From: Eledone cirrhosa
Taxonomy: Eukaryota
Assembly: GCA_964016885.1 (NCBI GenBank)
Contig: OZ024743.1
Location: 99,386,001 to 99,450,000 of the forward strand
Reading direction: 5' to 3'
DNA length: 64,000 bases
In this document: positions 63,177 to 64,000 of the stretch, piece after piece
Position numbering within the stretch: the first letter of the stretch is position 1
Layout of the letters: every line of letters begins with the position of its first letter
The notes under the pieces: generated by a model
The model's input: the letters and a program-made list of their open reading frames with translations, nothing else
Databases searched by the model: none
What the model was told of the DNA's origin: nothing
Position numbers and translations under genes: made by a program

Positions 63177-64000
63177 ATATGTCTCCAGATGTGTGAACAA
63201 AAGTACCTTAGAAATAATCAAGTTTTATCATCAGAGAGAACATCCAGTCATAAAATACTGCCTTAAATGTTTCATCCAACCCATGCCAAGCTATCCAATG
63301 CCATATTGAATTGATAAGAATAATATAAATAATGAATGTAACTCCTTAGATATATTCATCACATATGTCTGTGCTGTTTCTTTCATAAACAGACATCATT
63401 TGTTGTTATGGTGTCATTCAACAGTTGATGTGAACTAGAGTATGTTGCATTTGCATATTCAAATCTTTACATCTTACCCCAAGGCTATTATTATACTGTG
63501 ACATGACGCATTTTCTTTTTAATATTTTTATAATATACGATATATTTTCACCACAAAATAACGTACTCGTCAATAGAATCAGTAGAGTGAATAAAAGATT
63601 TCCTTGCAGTTTTTACTTGTATACCTTTCCATTCTAAGTTCAAATCCTGTCATGGTTAACTTTATTATTACATGATTGATAAAATAAAGTACCTGTCATT
63701 CTAATCGACAATATACACCCTTTTTTATTAGGTGGTATTAGTATCAACTGGGCTGAAAATGTACTAAAACGAAAGAAATATTTCTGCAAAGCCATCATGT
63801 CCAGCCAATAACGTTGATACTAGCCAGTTTGGCCTCATCAACACATGCTATTTATAGCAAATTTCACTTTGCCATAACTGTCAACTTAGTAATGATTTTT
63901 GACTTAATTGTCTAATGCTGGTGATTGCATGCCTATGGGAATTATTTCTGAGCAGAGTAAATGGTCAGTTAATGCAGTCATCTGCTGTTATGGAGAAATT

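Overview
AT-rich, repeat-dense eukaryotic DNA. The SINE, RTE and microsatellite content points to a coleoid cephalopod, probably Octopus (inference). The window lies inside a minus-strand gene recognisable as TULP4. I can support two coding exons (25527-25698 and 6528-6641), which are phase-compatible across an ~18.9 kb intron; I could not find the neighbouring exons, so the rest appears intronic. The introns hold many 5'-truncated RTE-clade LINEs (one with an uninterrupted 826-aa APE/RT ORF carrying a PHD-type finger), an R4/Dong-like RLE element, CR1-group 3' ends, two tRNA-derived SINE families, TTAA/CCCTTT MITEs and several minisatellites (40, 43, 45, 52 bp). The most unusual signal is a set of short elements sitting in (TA)n that contain type-I hammerhead ribozyme motifs. 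Several are long fold-back palindromes whose axis lies where hammerhead stem II would be, and unrelated families share a downstream GAGT(G/A)CT motif. Most ORFs in the supplied track are microsatellite or antisense artefacts. Coordinates were read by eye and repeat boundaries are approximate.
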